From Vicugna vicugna (lineage: Eukaryota), in assembly GCA_013265495.1 (NCBI GenBank), contig MU058257.1:279937-315805 (forward strand): a stretch of 35,869 nt of DNA. Direction: 5' to 3'. The position numbers and the translations under genes were made by a program. Of the stretch, positions 1-11,300 are shown piece after piece; the stretch's first letter is position 1; every line of letters starts with the position of its first letter. The notes below the pieces were generated by a model, which ran no database searches, was not told where the DNA came from, and worked only from the letters and a program-made list of their open reading frames with translations.

Positions 1-245
1 TGGTTACCAGGGGGGTAGAGGGTGGGAAGGGATAGACTGGGATTTCAAAATTGTAGAATAGATAAACAAGATTACACTGTATAGCACAGGGAAATATACA
101 CAAAATGTTATGATAAATCACAGAGAAAAAAATGTGACAATGAGTGTGTATATGTCCATGAATGACTGAAAAATTGTGCTGAACACTGGAATTTGACACA
201 ACACAGTAAAATGTTATGAATCAATAAAAAATGTAAAAAAAAGAT
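1..245 (+). mobile_element. Young LINE-1 3' end, cut by the window start
   Basis: L1 3'UTR-like sequence ending in AATAAA and an A-rich tail. About 97% identical to 33038-33281 by manual alignment. Confidence 0.85.
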
Positions 246-644
246 ACGGGAAAAAAAAAAGATACCAATTTTGTAAAATATATATGTATATGTTCCAACT
301 ATATATATATATATGTAAATATATATATAGTTTTTTTTAATGTTTTGACATAAATATAATGTGGACAACAAATGTAAAGATGGAAGTAGGGTTGGGTGTG
401 AGGCCTGAGGGAGACGCTGAGCAGTACATTGCTAAGTACGTAAGAAACTGAACATAAGATTCATATATATATGGAATTTTAAGAATTGTTTTCTCCTGGA
501 GATCAGGAGCATGAGTGAATTTCAGGTTTTAAAAATTCTTTCTATATTTTCTGTTTTTCTACAATACTTATGTATTATATTTGATCACAAGAATTGGACA
601 ATTTAAATACAGATATATTTACTTATATATATTTAGACATATCT

Positions 645-700
645 GTACATACATATACAGATACACACACACACACACATATATATATACACACATACAT
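645..700. repeat. (CA)n/(TA)n microsatellite
   Basis: Direct reading: acacacacacacacatatatatatacacacatac. Confidence 0.85.
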
Positions 701-1654
701 TAGTATGATGACTGCGAAGGTGAAATATACATAAAGGTCACTGGAAGCACAAAATTTGCCAGAGAGCCTGAAAGGTCTTTTTCTTTCTTCATTCTTGGGC
801 AGTTTAGCATTAAAGCAGAAACTCACTCATCTTCCCCCCTGGGGTGTCTGTTTCCAGTCTCTACCCAACCCCTCCAGCCGCACACACTCCCTATGGAGAA
901 ATGCCTTGGGCAGGTCCTTACTCCCTGACCAGGTACTTACTGTCTTTCTCTTGAGCTAGATTGTGACTCCTCTGCTAACATGACAGGCTGCCTGCATCCT
1001 TCTCTGCTTTTCCCTGTACTTTGTACACAGCCCTGCACAAATTTGGTACCCAAAAAGTGTGTGAGGTTGTGCTGGCTGATTTATCTCCATTTCATGTTGG
1101 ATGATTTACTCGCATCCTCTTGACATTTTTCAATCCAAACATTTCCATAAGTGATAATTTTATCTTTTCATCTTCTGCTGGATTTATACATATACATTTT
1201 TTAGTTTCTAGTTCACGCTGAATGATTAAAAACCTCTCTGCATCATACATTGTCTCAAATCTTCAGACTTGCTTTAATTATGGCTGACATCAGAAATGGC
1301 CCTGGAGAAAATGAGCTTGTATCTCTTTGTCTGGAAATTATTTACAGGAAGTTTGTCTTATAACTACAACACAAAGCTTAATTATATTTGTGCCCTTAGA
1401 AATATTTTTATCCTGTTTTTTAAAAATTATTTTCATAAGAGAAGACCATGTTCTTTATGGGACAGATTCTGAAATTGTAATTCAGGGCTTAAGGAATGGA
1501 AATGAGTGGGTGTGTGTGTGTGTGTGTGATTTTTTTTTTCCTGTTTCCTTCCTCCCTAACCCACTTCCACCATAAAATGCCAGAGATCAATCGTTCTCAA
1601 CAGAATGGGGGTGGGGGAAGTGATATGTCAAAGTCACCTGGAGAGATTTGGTCC

Positions 1655-2260
1655 TGGGTTTAGGGCTCACCCAGGTAACTCAGGATGACCTCATCGGGAG
1701 ATCCCTAGCTCAGTTTTGTGGAAGCAAACAGTCACCTGCCATATCAGTAAGTAAAGGGTGATGTGGCCAGCAAGCCATCAGCCACCGCAGCTGCCCCCAG
1801 CTGTGCACCCTGAGGGGATTCAGGATGGAGAAAGTAGGAGACTGGTCCCAGGGAGTGAAGGAGCTTAGCAAAGGAAGATTGCAGGGAGCCCAGACTATGG
1901 CACCATCTCATATACAGAAAAGCACTAATTTCATTCATTTGAGATGCCTCGTTTTACTTTAATTAACAGTGATCTTTTGATGTTCTGACTCTATGGGGGT
2001 TTGTTTGTTTGTTTGTTTGTTTCCCATATATCCTGTCTCCTCCCTTACCTCTTCGGAGCAGTCCCTCAGAGCTATCTGAGAGGCTGCCTCCCGGGTTTAA
2101 ATCCTCAGCAAGTTCACCGAATAAGACATAATTCTCACCATATAGGTTGTGCGTTTTTTTTCAGTCAACATCTACAAAGACCCTTCTTCCAAACAAGATC
2201 AAATTTACCTTTTCCAGGAGTTAGGATGTGCACATATCTTTTGGGGGCCAGGGGCACTAT
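1655..2260 (-). mobile_element. MaLR LTR (MLT1-like), split into about 1655-1716 and 2171-2260 by an inserted LTR
   Basis: ttagggctcacccaggtaactcaggatgacctcatc...gatccc and catctacaaagacccttcttccaaacaag...ttaggatgtgcacatatcttttggggg are adjacent parts of the recalled MLT1 consensus. Confidence 0.65.
1717..2170 (+). mobile_element. Solo ERV1-like LTR nested in MLT1
   Basis: TG...CA ends (tgtggaa / gtcaaca). ctcagagctatctgagaggctgcctcc and a degenerate polyA signal (gaataagacataa) resemble artiodactyl ERV LTRs. No clear TSD. Confidence 0.6.
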
Positions 2261-2284
2261 CTTTTGTGGGGGAAAATCAGGAAT

Positions 2285-2880
2285 CCTACTTTGAAATGCC
2301 TGTTGGAAACCCTAGTGATGATGTGAAGAAAGCAGTTGGATATACAGGGTCTGGAATTGATTGGAGAGTCCAGGCCAGAGATATGAATTTGGGGATCACT
2401 AGTTCACAGAAGGAACTTAGTGTCATGAGGCCAGAGGGGATTACCGAGGAAACCAGTGTTAATAGAAAAGAGATGTCAAAGGACTGACCTGGGAGCCTGG
2501 GGAATGAGGAAGAACCAGCAAAGGAGGATGAGAAGGAGCAGGAAGTGAAGTCCCTTCAGTGTTTCCCTGGGTCCAAAGCTGCTCAGCTCAGGGATCCAAC
2601 AAGTCTCCAAATGAGAATGACCATTGGATGCCTGACGTCGTGATCCATGGTGAACTTGACAAGAGCAGTTTCAGTGAAATGATGAGGCTGAAAGATTGGC
2701 TCCCAAAGAAAATGAGAGGAGGAAAATGGAAGAGAGGACATTTATACAATGTTCTCAAGTTCTGCTGCAGAAAGATGGGTAATGTATGAGTGATCACCGG
2801 AAGGAGAGGTGAACTCAGAGAGGAGCTTTTACAAAATAGGGGAGGTAACAGCATGTTGTGTGATAATGGCGGGGTGGGGT
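2285..2880 (-). mobile_element. LINE-2 fragment
   Basis: tttgaaatgcctgttgga...gcagttggatatacagggtctgga...gagatatgaatttggggatca resembles antisense L2. Confidence 0.65.
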
Positions 2881-3119
2881 GGGGGGAGACCCCGCAGAGA
2901 CGGAGGAGGAGGGGACAGGCAAGGGGACGAGGTTCGGGAGCCGTCAAGACAAGGACGGCAGTGAATGCACAAGAGGAGGCTGGCTTTTGCTGGGAGCAGA
3001 ACAGATCTACAGCAGACTGGCCGGCAAACGTGCTTGCTTCTGTTTGGTGCGTGAATGAATCAAACAAACTTTAAAGCTCACTGAAAATTAGCATGGCCTA
3101 TAGTCATATCTATTCTCCA

Positions 3120-3741
3120 AAGTGCAAGCAGCTTTTGGCAGGAAAGAGCTCTCTGCAGGAGGCCCCTCTTGCCTTATCACTTTAGTAAAGCCATCTTGTC
3201 ACTCACACCAAGCCCGGAACCCCCACGGCCCACTCATCTCTGGCCCAAGCACACTTTTCATATATTTTGATTACACAATATCTTGCCTAACCTGGTGGTT
3301 CTTTCGGTAGATCAAAGAAGTAGAAACAAAGAATAACTCATCAACAGGTGACCAGATCTCTTCCCTAGCTTCCCCTTCGGTGATCTCATGAATGAACTGT
3401 GTGAACGAGACAGCACCTAAAGAGATCACAAGGAGTTGACAAGTCTGCATGCGGTGGGAGACGGCAACGTCACAAGGAGTCAATGAGCCTGCACGCAGTG
3501 GGCGCTGGCGACTCTGACCCCCGTCTCAGTGATTAACTGAGATCACTTCCCCTTTTTCCCTTTAGAAACTTTCATGGCTGAGCAGAATCTTTGGAGTTGC
3601 TTTTGAGGGACATGAGTCCGCCTTCTCCCCAGATTGCTGGCTTTCTCGTTAAAAGCAACGTTTTCTGTTTCTACCAACACTTGCCTATCAAGTACTGATT
3701 TTTGAGTGGTGAGCAAGCAGCTGGACCTGAGTTTGGTAACC
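3120..3741 (+). mobile_element. Probable ERV LTR (5' boundary uncertain)
   Basis: The 3' part (ctttagaaactttcatggc...ttaaaagcaac...ttttgagtggtgagcaagcagctggacctgagtttggtaac) resembles an ERV1 LTR R/U5 region. Confidence 0.5.
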
Positions 3742-4159
3742 AAAGGGAACAGAATTTTTGAATCTGGAATTGATTACAATTTCTTATTCATACAATGAAA
3801 TTTTCTTAACTGTGCACAACACTTGAACAATTAATCCAAAGTTTTCTTAGGTCATACTAATTTTCTTAGCTGCTCAAAGATGGCTATTATTTTTTTAAAA
3901 ATCACTTTCTTTAAATTCTGATGCATTCAGGAAAAACTATTCCTTAGATGATTTTGAGAATTGTTGTGTTTCAACACTTGTCTTCAGGGTACGTTCAATA
4001 TTTGTGTAAACCAAGCACAGTGCCTGAAGAGGGGGGGAAATGTAATTCCAAGTTTATAAGAAATGAATAAATATCAAAGGCTGAAAGAGAATGAAATTGT
4101 CATTCCTGTGATAATGTTGACATTCCATTAATGTTCGGTTTCAATAGTTCTAAAACATT

Positions 4160-4446
4160 TTTTATCAAGTCATAGTCAGTTTACAATGTTACATCAATTT
4201 CTGGTATACAGCACAGTTTTTCAGTCATACATAAATATACATATATTTGTTTTCATATTTTCACCATGAGCTACTACAAGATCTTAAATATATTTCCCTG
4301 TGCTGTACAGTATAAACTTGTTTATCTATTCCATATATACCTGTCAGTATCTACAAAGCTCGAACTCCCAGTCTGTCCCTACTCACCCCTCTGCCCCTGG
4401 CAACCACAAGTTTGTATTCTATGTCTGTGGGTCTGCTTCTGTTTTA
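4160..4446 (-). mobile_element. LINE-1 3' end, antisense
   Basis: Reverse complement is homologous to the L1 3' ends at 1-245 and 8761-9272. Confidence 0.75.
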
Positions 4447-4639
4447 CTAAAAATTTTTATTTTAATGACACATAACTAAAGATGCCTATATACGAAATTT
4501 CCAAATTGCTATTTAAAAAAAAAAACTAGAAGCATTCATCAAATTACCTCTTTACCTAAGGAGAAATGATTGTTTTAATTCCCCACGGGATCTTAAATGA
4601 CAATGTTAAACCTAGCATCCCTCTAATTTAAAAAAGGCA

Positions 4640-4895
4640 TTATGGCTACCAGAGGGGAGTGAGGGTGGGGAGGGGTAAATTTGGAGTTTGGGATTTACAG
4701 ATACAAACTACTATATGTAAACCAGATAAACAGCAAGGTCCTACTGTTTAGCACAGGAAACTATATTCAATAGCTTGTAATAACCTGTAATGAAAAAATA
4801 CATATGTGTGTAACTGAATCACTGTGCTGTACACGAGAAATTAACACAACGTTGTAAATTGACTATACTTCATAAAGATAAAGTAAAATAAGATC
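4640..4895 (+). mobile_element. LINE-1 3' end (older, L1MA-like)
   Basis: ttatggctaccagagggg...gataaacagcaaggtcctactgtttagcacagg...gtaaattgactatacttc. Confidence 0.75.
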
Positions 4896-5835
4896 TCTGT
4901 ACTAAAAACAAGGCAGAGAATAACTGGAAGCCCTCAAGGGCTTTCTCATCTCTCCCAAAAATCACAGACTTACACACATTCTTTGTGTAAATGTCTTATG
5001 GTAGAGAGGGCAGGGATTTTCACACACTTGTAAAATGAGGGTATTTTAACGGAACAATAAAAATACAAGCGTAGATAGCTTCATCTGTTTCTCATGGGTC
5101 AGGAACGGCAATAACTTTCAGGGCCTGTGCGAGCAAATGTCTTGATCTTTAAATAATTCCAGTAGTGGTGAACTGAACTGTCATTTTTATTTCTCCCTCC
5201 TCCCAGCAGTCCCTACTTTTCACCAAGTGAGGGCAGTAAGGAGACACCTGTTCAACTGTTCCCACTCAGGTCAGGGTTTTTCTCAGGAAGTTTCAGAAAG
5301 ATGCAGATTCTTTTTCCTTTACCTCCCAAGTTCCAGATACCTCATTTCAAACTATGATAAATATAAGTGCATCTCCCGAAAACCCTTGGCGAGCAACTGA
5401 CAAGTTCAGGGTTGCCAGCAATGGGACGGGCAGTTTAAGGGGATGAGCTTAAGGAAAAACGAGGGAAGGCCTAGGGCCCTTCTGTTGAGTAAAAGAATCT
5501 GGGAGTTCTGGGTAAGGAGGAATCATGGAAAAAGAATAAAGAACCTAGAGGTGGAAGCCAAAGGGTGGTTCTTTCTCCCTTCCTCCTCAGAGAAGACAGG
5601 CAGGAGCTGATGACTGTCCCCTTGACTCCGTAGTTTCACCACATTATATAAAGGTATCATTAAGAAACGAAGACGCCTCTCCAAGGTGAGACATTTTGAA
5701 ACTAACTCTTTTAAGATAAAGAAACAATTGAAAAATGAGAGAGAGATTAAAAAAAAAAAACCAGTGAGATGCTAAGTCAGTCATCTGTAGATACTGGATG
5801 GAAAAGAGATCTTACAGAAAGAATTTCTAGTTCTT

Positions 5836-6551
5836 ACAGCTACTATGGAAAACAGTATGAAGATTCCTCAAAAAATTAAAAATAGAACTACCATATGATC
5901 CAGCCACCTCAGTTCTAGGTATGTATCCAAAGTAACTGAAAGCAGGATCTTGAAGAGATACCTACACTTCCCTGTTCACGTCAGCATCATCACGGTAGCC
6001 AAGACACGGAAACAACCTAAATGTCCATCAGTGGATGACTGGATAAAGAAGATGGGGTGTATACATACACTGGAATGCTATTCAGCCTTAATAAAGAAGA
6101 AAGTCCTGCCATTTGCACCATGGATAAACCTTGAGGGCATTATGCTAAGTAAAGTAAGCTAATTACAGAAGGACTGAAAACTACCTGATTACCACTTGTA
6201 TGTAGTATCTAAAAGAGTCAAACTCATGGAAGCACAGAGGAGAATGCTGGTTTCCAGGGGCTGGAGGTGGGGGAAGTGGAGAGGCTGATCCAAGAGTACA
6301 AAGGTTCATTCATGAGAGACAGTTCTGGAGATCTGCAGTACAGCATGGTGTCCATGTGGCTAACAATACTTAAAATCTGCTAAGAGAATATTATGTTGTG
6401 TTCTCACCACATACAGAAAAAATAATGAGATAAAGAGTGTGGCAGGAAGCTTCGAGAGGTGATGAAAGTTTATGGCCTGGATGATGGTGATGGCTTCACA
6501 AATAATTATTCCCAAATTCACTGAATTGTAAAAAATCAATCAATCAATCAA
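5836..6551 (+). mobile_element. 5'-truncated LINE-1 (L1MA/L1MB-like, end of ORF2 plus 3'UTR) with (AATC)n tail
   Basis: tatggaaaacagtatgaagattcctcaaaaaattaaaaatagaactaccatatgatccagc. 10-bp TSD TCTAGTTCTT at 5826-5835 and 6552-6561. Confidence 0.85.
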
Positions 6552-7089
6552 TCTAGTTCTTTAGGAAATATAAGATTATACTAGACTAGGCTCAGACATT
6601 TCAGCGAGCCATTTATTTCCTACACTTTTCTTTATTTTTAATGGCTAGCCAAACTGTTTCTAATATTTCGGATTGGATTCCCACTAAATTAAACGCCTCT
6701 TTCAGAAAGACATATGTTACTGCTAGGGCTGAACATCTGAATTTTCATTCCTTCACAGCAGCTTCAAGGTCAGTCATGTGGAATAAAATAGATCTGAACT
6801 ATGCAATGAAGAATGTGAGTCATGTTCAGGCTCGATTTCCTCCTGGGCGACCTTGACGCAGTGACCGTGCCCTTACGGACGAGGCTCACTGCGCAGTTGG
6901 ACGGGGATGACCTGTGGATCTCCTGGAAGCAGGGTGTGCACCCAGCAGGGCAACCAGGGGGCGCGCCCAGGGACCCCGCGCCCTCGGCCGCGCGGCGTGC
7001 GCCCCGGGACCTCCCCGCCCCCGGAGGCGGGGCCGCCCGCAGAGTCTTCTGGGGCCGAGGCCCCGCCGCTGGTGTCCCCGTTAGAGGCC

Positions 7090-7164
7090 ATGGAGAAAGA
7101 TCGCGCCTCTGCCCGCCTGCGCATCTTGTTGCGACACCTCGGCGGCCGCTCGGCCGGGGCCGTC
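7090..7164 (+). CDS. PHYH: PHYH exon 1 coding part (MEKDRASARLRILLRHLGGRSAGAV)
   Basis: Strong Kozak context GCCATGG inside the CpG island. Encodes PTS2 RLRILLRHL. Followed by donor GTATCCTT at 7165. Confidence 0.95.
7114..7140 (+). other. PHYH: PTS2 peroxisomal targeting signal RLRILLRHL (residues 9-17)
   Basis: Matches (R/K)(L/V/I)x5(H/Q)(L/A), the PEX7-dependent import signal known for PHYH. Confidence 0.92.
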
Positions 7165-8174
7165 GTATCCTTTGGGTGCGCGGGGCTGGAGCTGGGGAGG
7201 TGGTGGCTTTCCGGGCGCATCCCGCAGCCGCCGCGCCGGCTCTTCCCCTGGCTCCACGCCCTCGTCCCGGTGCTGGGCGCCTCTCTGGGGCCCGGGGGCG
7301 GGGGGCAGGTGCGTCCCTGGTCCCTGGCGTGGGAGGCGGGGGGCTCTCCGCCCGGCAGGCCGTGCCTGCTGGCCCCAGCGGCCGGAGCGGCGTCGCTGCA
7401 GCTTCCGGGCACTCTCGGTGCCTCTGGACCCCGGCTTTGGGAGGGGAGGGTGGGAAGACGGTCCCAAGCGGGCCTGCTCCCTGCTGCCTTGTCCCCTCCT
7501 GCACTTGGCCCGCCTCATCGCCGCGGCCGCCCGGGGACCGGGACCGAGACCGAGACGGTGACGCGGGCGCAGGGCTGCCTGGAGCAGCGGCGGCGGCGGG
7601 CGGGGGCGCAGCGCCCTCCCGGGGCGGGACCGCCCGGCGGCTCTGCCTTCCCGGGGAAGCCGGGCGGCGCTCACTCGGCCTCGGGGAGGAGGGCTGGGCG
7701 TCGTGGATCCGCGCCTCGCCACCCCTTCGGACGGCAGTCCCGGCAGAATGTGGTTCCTCCGCCTTTGGATCCCGAGACGCGTCACTGTGTGGCCCATAAA
7801 TCATGTCGCTCCGCAGATTTGTTTTTCCTGCTCAGATTAAGTGTAGTCATTCAGGGCGAACTTTTGGAAGCTCAACAGAAAACGGCGTGGGATTTCTTCC
7901 CCCCCCCCCTTTGGCGACCTGTTTAGCTTCCGTTTTGTTGTGTTTAGGATCCTGAAATCTGCCCTAAGACGATTTTTACTGGTTGTTTCTTTCACTTTCA
8001 CTGTTGCTCTCCCGGCTGAGTTCCAAGCCTTCATGTATCAGAACCGTTTGTGCATTTAAAATACCGTCCCCAGACTGAGAAAGGGGAACTCAGGTGATTA
8101 TGTAATGTCATTTTACGGGCGAGAAAACAGTTGAGGCTAGGAGAGAGGAAAACTGCTGAGCAAGGGCAGTTAAC

Positions 8175-8295
8175 TACAGCGGTGCCACATACTCCGGCTC
8201 ATGTCGTACCTGCGGCATCAAAATACTGGGGGTGGGGCCCAGCAATCTGTCTTCACTTGTTTCTGGTACAAGTTCAGTTGTGAGAACCACCTGTA
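8175..8295. mobile_element. MER5-like hAT MITE
   Basis: ggggtggggcccagcaatctgt...gttgtgagaaccac resembles MER5A. Confidence 0.5.
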
Positions 8296-8436
8296 GTACT
8301 GGGACTAGATATAACTGGAACTAGATGAACGTTTCCGGGCCCAGTCTGTTAACTACTTTTAAAATTTAATATTCTGACCCTGCTGGACCTTGTTATAATA
8401 GCGTTGAGCTTAGTTTTTCATCCGTATTTCCTAGAA

Positions 8437-8630
8437 CAGCAGTGTCCGCCACAACTCCTACTGTGGTGGCAGGGTCCTCTGCCAGCACTGTCCGATGTGG
8501 CAGCCACTTGTGGCTGTGAGCACTTGAAATATGACTGGTGCAGCTGAGGGACTGAAGCTTTCATTTTAATCCGTTTCAGTATACACCCCCAGATGTGGTG
8601 AGTGGCTCTGGGTACTGGACAGCTCTGCCT
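8437..8630. mobile_element. MER3-like hAT-Charlie MITE
   Basis: cagcactgtccgatgtggcagccacttgtggctgtgagcacttgaaatatgactggtgcagctgagggactgaa, with cagcagtgtcc / ggacagctctg termini. Confidence 0.65.
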
Positions 8631-8760
8631 GGATTCTCAGGGACTATGTGTGTGGTTTAGGCTTAGGTAGACTACTGGAAATTTCGTCGTCGGAAGGTTT
8701 CTTCCCAACCTTCGCTAGTCTCAAGAAAGGTGGATTCTGGAATAAGGAATAATTTTTAAA

Positions 8761-9272
8761 ACATATTTTTAATTGAGTTATAGTCGTTTTACAATGTTGT
8801 GTCAAATTCCAGTGTAGAGCACAATTTTTTGGTTATACATGAACATACATATATTCATTATGACATTCTTTTTTGCTGTGAGCTACCACAAGATATTGTA
8901 TATATTTCCCTGTGCTATACAGTATAATCTTTTTATCTGTTCTACATTTTGAAATCCTAGTCTGTCCCTTCCCCTCCCCCTCCCCCTTTGGCAACCACAA
9001 GTTTGTACTCTATGTCTATGAGTCTGTTTCTGTTTTGTACTTGTTTTTTTTTTTTAAGATTCCACATATAAGCAATCTCATATGGTATTTTTCTTTCTCT
9101 TTCTGGCTTACTTCACTTAGAATGACATTCTCCAGGAACATCCATGTTGCTGCAAATGACGTTATGTTGTTAGTTTTTATGGCTGAATAGTATTCCATTG
9201 TATAAATATACCACTTCTTCTTTATCCAGTCATCTGTCGATGGACATTTAGGCTGTTTCCATGTCTTGGCTA
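8761..9272 (-). mobile_element. 5'-truncated LINE-1 3' end, antisense in intron 1
   Basis: Minus-strand ORF MEYYSAIKTNNITSFAATWMFLENVILSEVSQ resembles the L1 ORF2-end region. Near-TSD aataatttttaaa at 8748-8760 and 9275-9288 (one extra T). Confidence 0.85.
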
Positions 9273-10428
9273 AAAATAATTTTTTAAAGTATAAAACATT
9301 TTTATTATAACATAAAACAATTAAAACATAAAACAGTTTTTTAAAGTATAAAACATTTTAAGTGCAGGATAAACATAAAGAAGAAAATTAGTATGACCCA
9401 TAATACCGTTACTTGCAAACTTGTTGGTGCGTTTCTTTTCTATGCATTTACATAAGTGCATAATTACATATTTAGGACCACACTATATGTACAGGTTTTT
9501 GCATCCATTTTTTTCATATTTACTAGCTTTATATAGTAAACATAGTAAATGCTAATTAGCTTTGTATAGTAAACATTTCCACATGTTAAAAAAATTCTCC
9601 AGGAACAACAGAAACCAAAACCATAACGCAGGAATAGCAGAGAGATGAAAGGAGCTTTGGAGTGGGAGGCTGCTGTCCGCACCGTGCTGGCAGCCATGTT
9701 TTGCTGAGAACAGTTGACAAAGAGGTTAACACTCTGCCTTGGAGGGGAAACAGGTATTAGTAATTCTGCCTCCTGGCCTGCCTCGCTCCTGGACTATTCT
9801 GTTGTCCATAAATTATATAAAGTTATATATAAAGACATCTTTCAAAAATGATGACATGATCATGGGAAGCGACACTCTGAAAGTAAATCTTTAAGCTAAA
9901 GAAACAATGAAAAAAGAAATGAGAAGAAAAAACCCCAGTGAGAGGCCAAGTCAGTTATCCGTGGTGATTACCAGATAGAAAACTAGCAGGAATTTCCAGT
10001 TCTTTAGGATATTTAAAATTATACTCTACTGCGTAGATCATATTTTTTTTTTGGAGTCATTATTTATTCTAATTTATTATTAGACTTTTTTTTTTCTTTT
10101 GCGAAACCATAGGTCATCTCGAGGCCTCTGAAAGGCTGAATCCCTGCAGACCTTTAAGGCAGCTAGTGCTTCGTTACCCGCCATGGTTCTGCAATTATTT
10201 TCCAGCCTTGGTACAACTGAAAGATACAACCCAATCCTATCAGAGTGATTTTTTGACTGGAGGAAGAATCTTGGAATTTGAACTATTGGGGTTTGAAAAA
10301 TTTGGGGCTTGAAAAAGTTCTCCAGGTAATTCTGATACCCATCACCCCTACCCCATTTGAAAACCAGCGCTTTACAGAGAAGCACTCCACTGAGACAACG
10401 TCTCTTCATTTTGAGGACTGACAAACAC

Positions 10429-10715
<287 letters not shown>

Positions 10716-10934
10716 ACAACAAACATTTTCTATAAAGGTAGACTTTTTCTTTTAAATGACCAGCCAAACTGTTCCTAATATTTTGGACTGGACTCCCACT
10801 AAATTAAACACCTCTTTTGAATATCTCGTTTCTTCTTATTTCGAGAATGGAACCTTTCCAGTTTTATTCATTCAGTAGCTCAGTGGAAGCAATAGCCACG
10901 TGGAATCAAATAGATGGAAGCTATGAAGTACGCA

Positions 10935-11075
10935 GTGTGGGTCAAGTCTCGGCTCAGCCATTTTCTGCTAGGTGTGACCTTGGACCAGTTACTCAGCCTG
11001 CCCAGCCTGGGCTTCCTGCTCTGTGTTGCAGGAGTAATGAAGCTCCCAGCCACCTCCTCAGGCTGTTGTGAAAAT
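10935..11075 (+). mobile_element. MIR fragment
   Basis: ggtgtgaccttggaccagttactcagcct...gggcttcctgctctgt matches the MIR core. Confidence 0.6.
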
Positions 11076-11241
11076 GGAGTGATGGAAGCAGCAACGAATC
11101 AGAACTTGTGTATGTAGCTAGCCTGCCTGATGTCTGTTTAGGACTGGTCTTCCCTTGTGAGAGCCAGTCCAGGGCCTAATGTTGTTTCTACAAAAGGCTG
11201 ACTCCTAGATTTTACTTTATTTGCCTTAATTCACGTCCTAG

Positions 11242-11300
11242 ATAGCTCAACCCACCTCAGAGGGTGTTTCTCCTGCCAGTTTCCATCCTCAACAATTCCA
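11242..11300 (+). CDS. PHYH: PHYH exon 2 (IAQPTSEGVSPASFHPQQFQ)
   Basis: 59 nt, cctag|ATA...CCA|gtaagt. The SFHPQQFQ motif matches PHYH. Confidence 0.93.

Larger units (their letters stand above)
6830..7815. promoter_or_regulatory. CpG island / PHYH promoter spanning exon 1
   Basis: About 1 kb of very GC- and CpG-rich sequence, with GC boxes (e.g. GGCGGGGC near 7026) and no evident TATA box. Confidence 0.9.

Noticed and set aside
6770..7926. Long overlapping ORFs (344, 325, 339, 238 and 179 aa) on both strands
   Set aside because: They coincide with the CpG island, where stop codons are depleted. They are Pro/Arg/Gly/Ala-rich with no recognisable domain. Only 7090-7164 is supported as coding.
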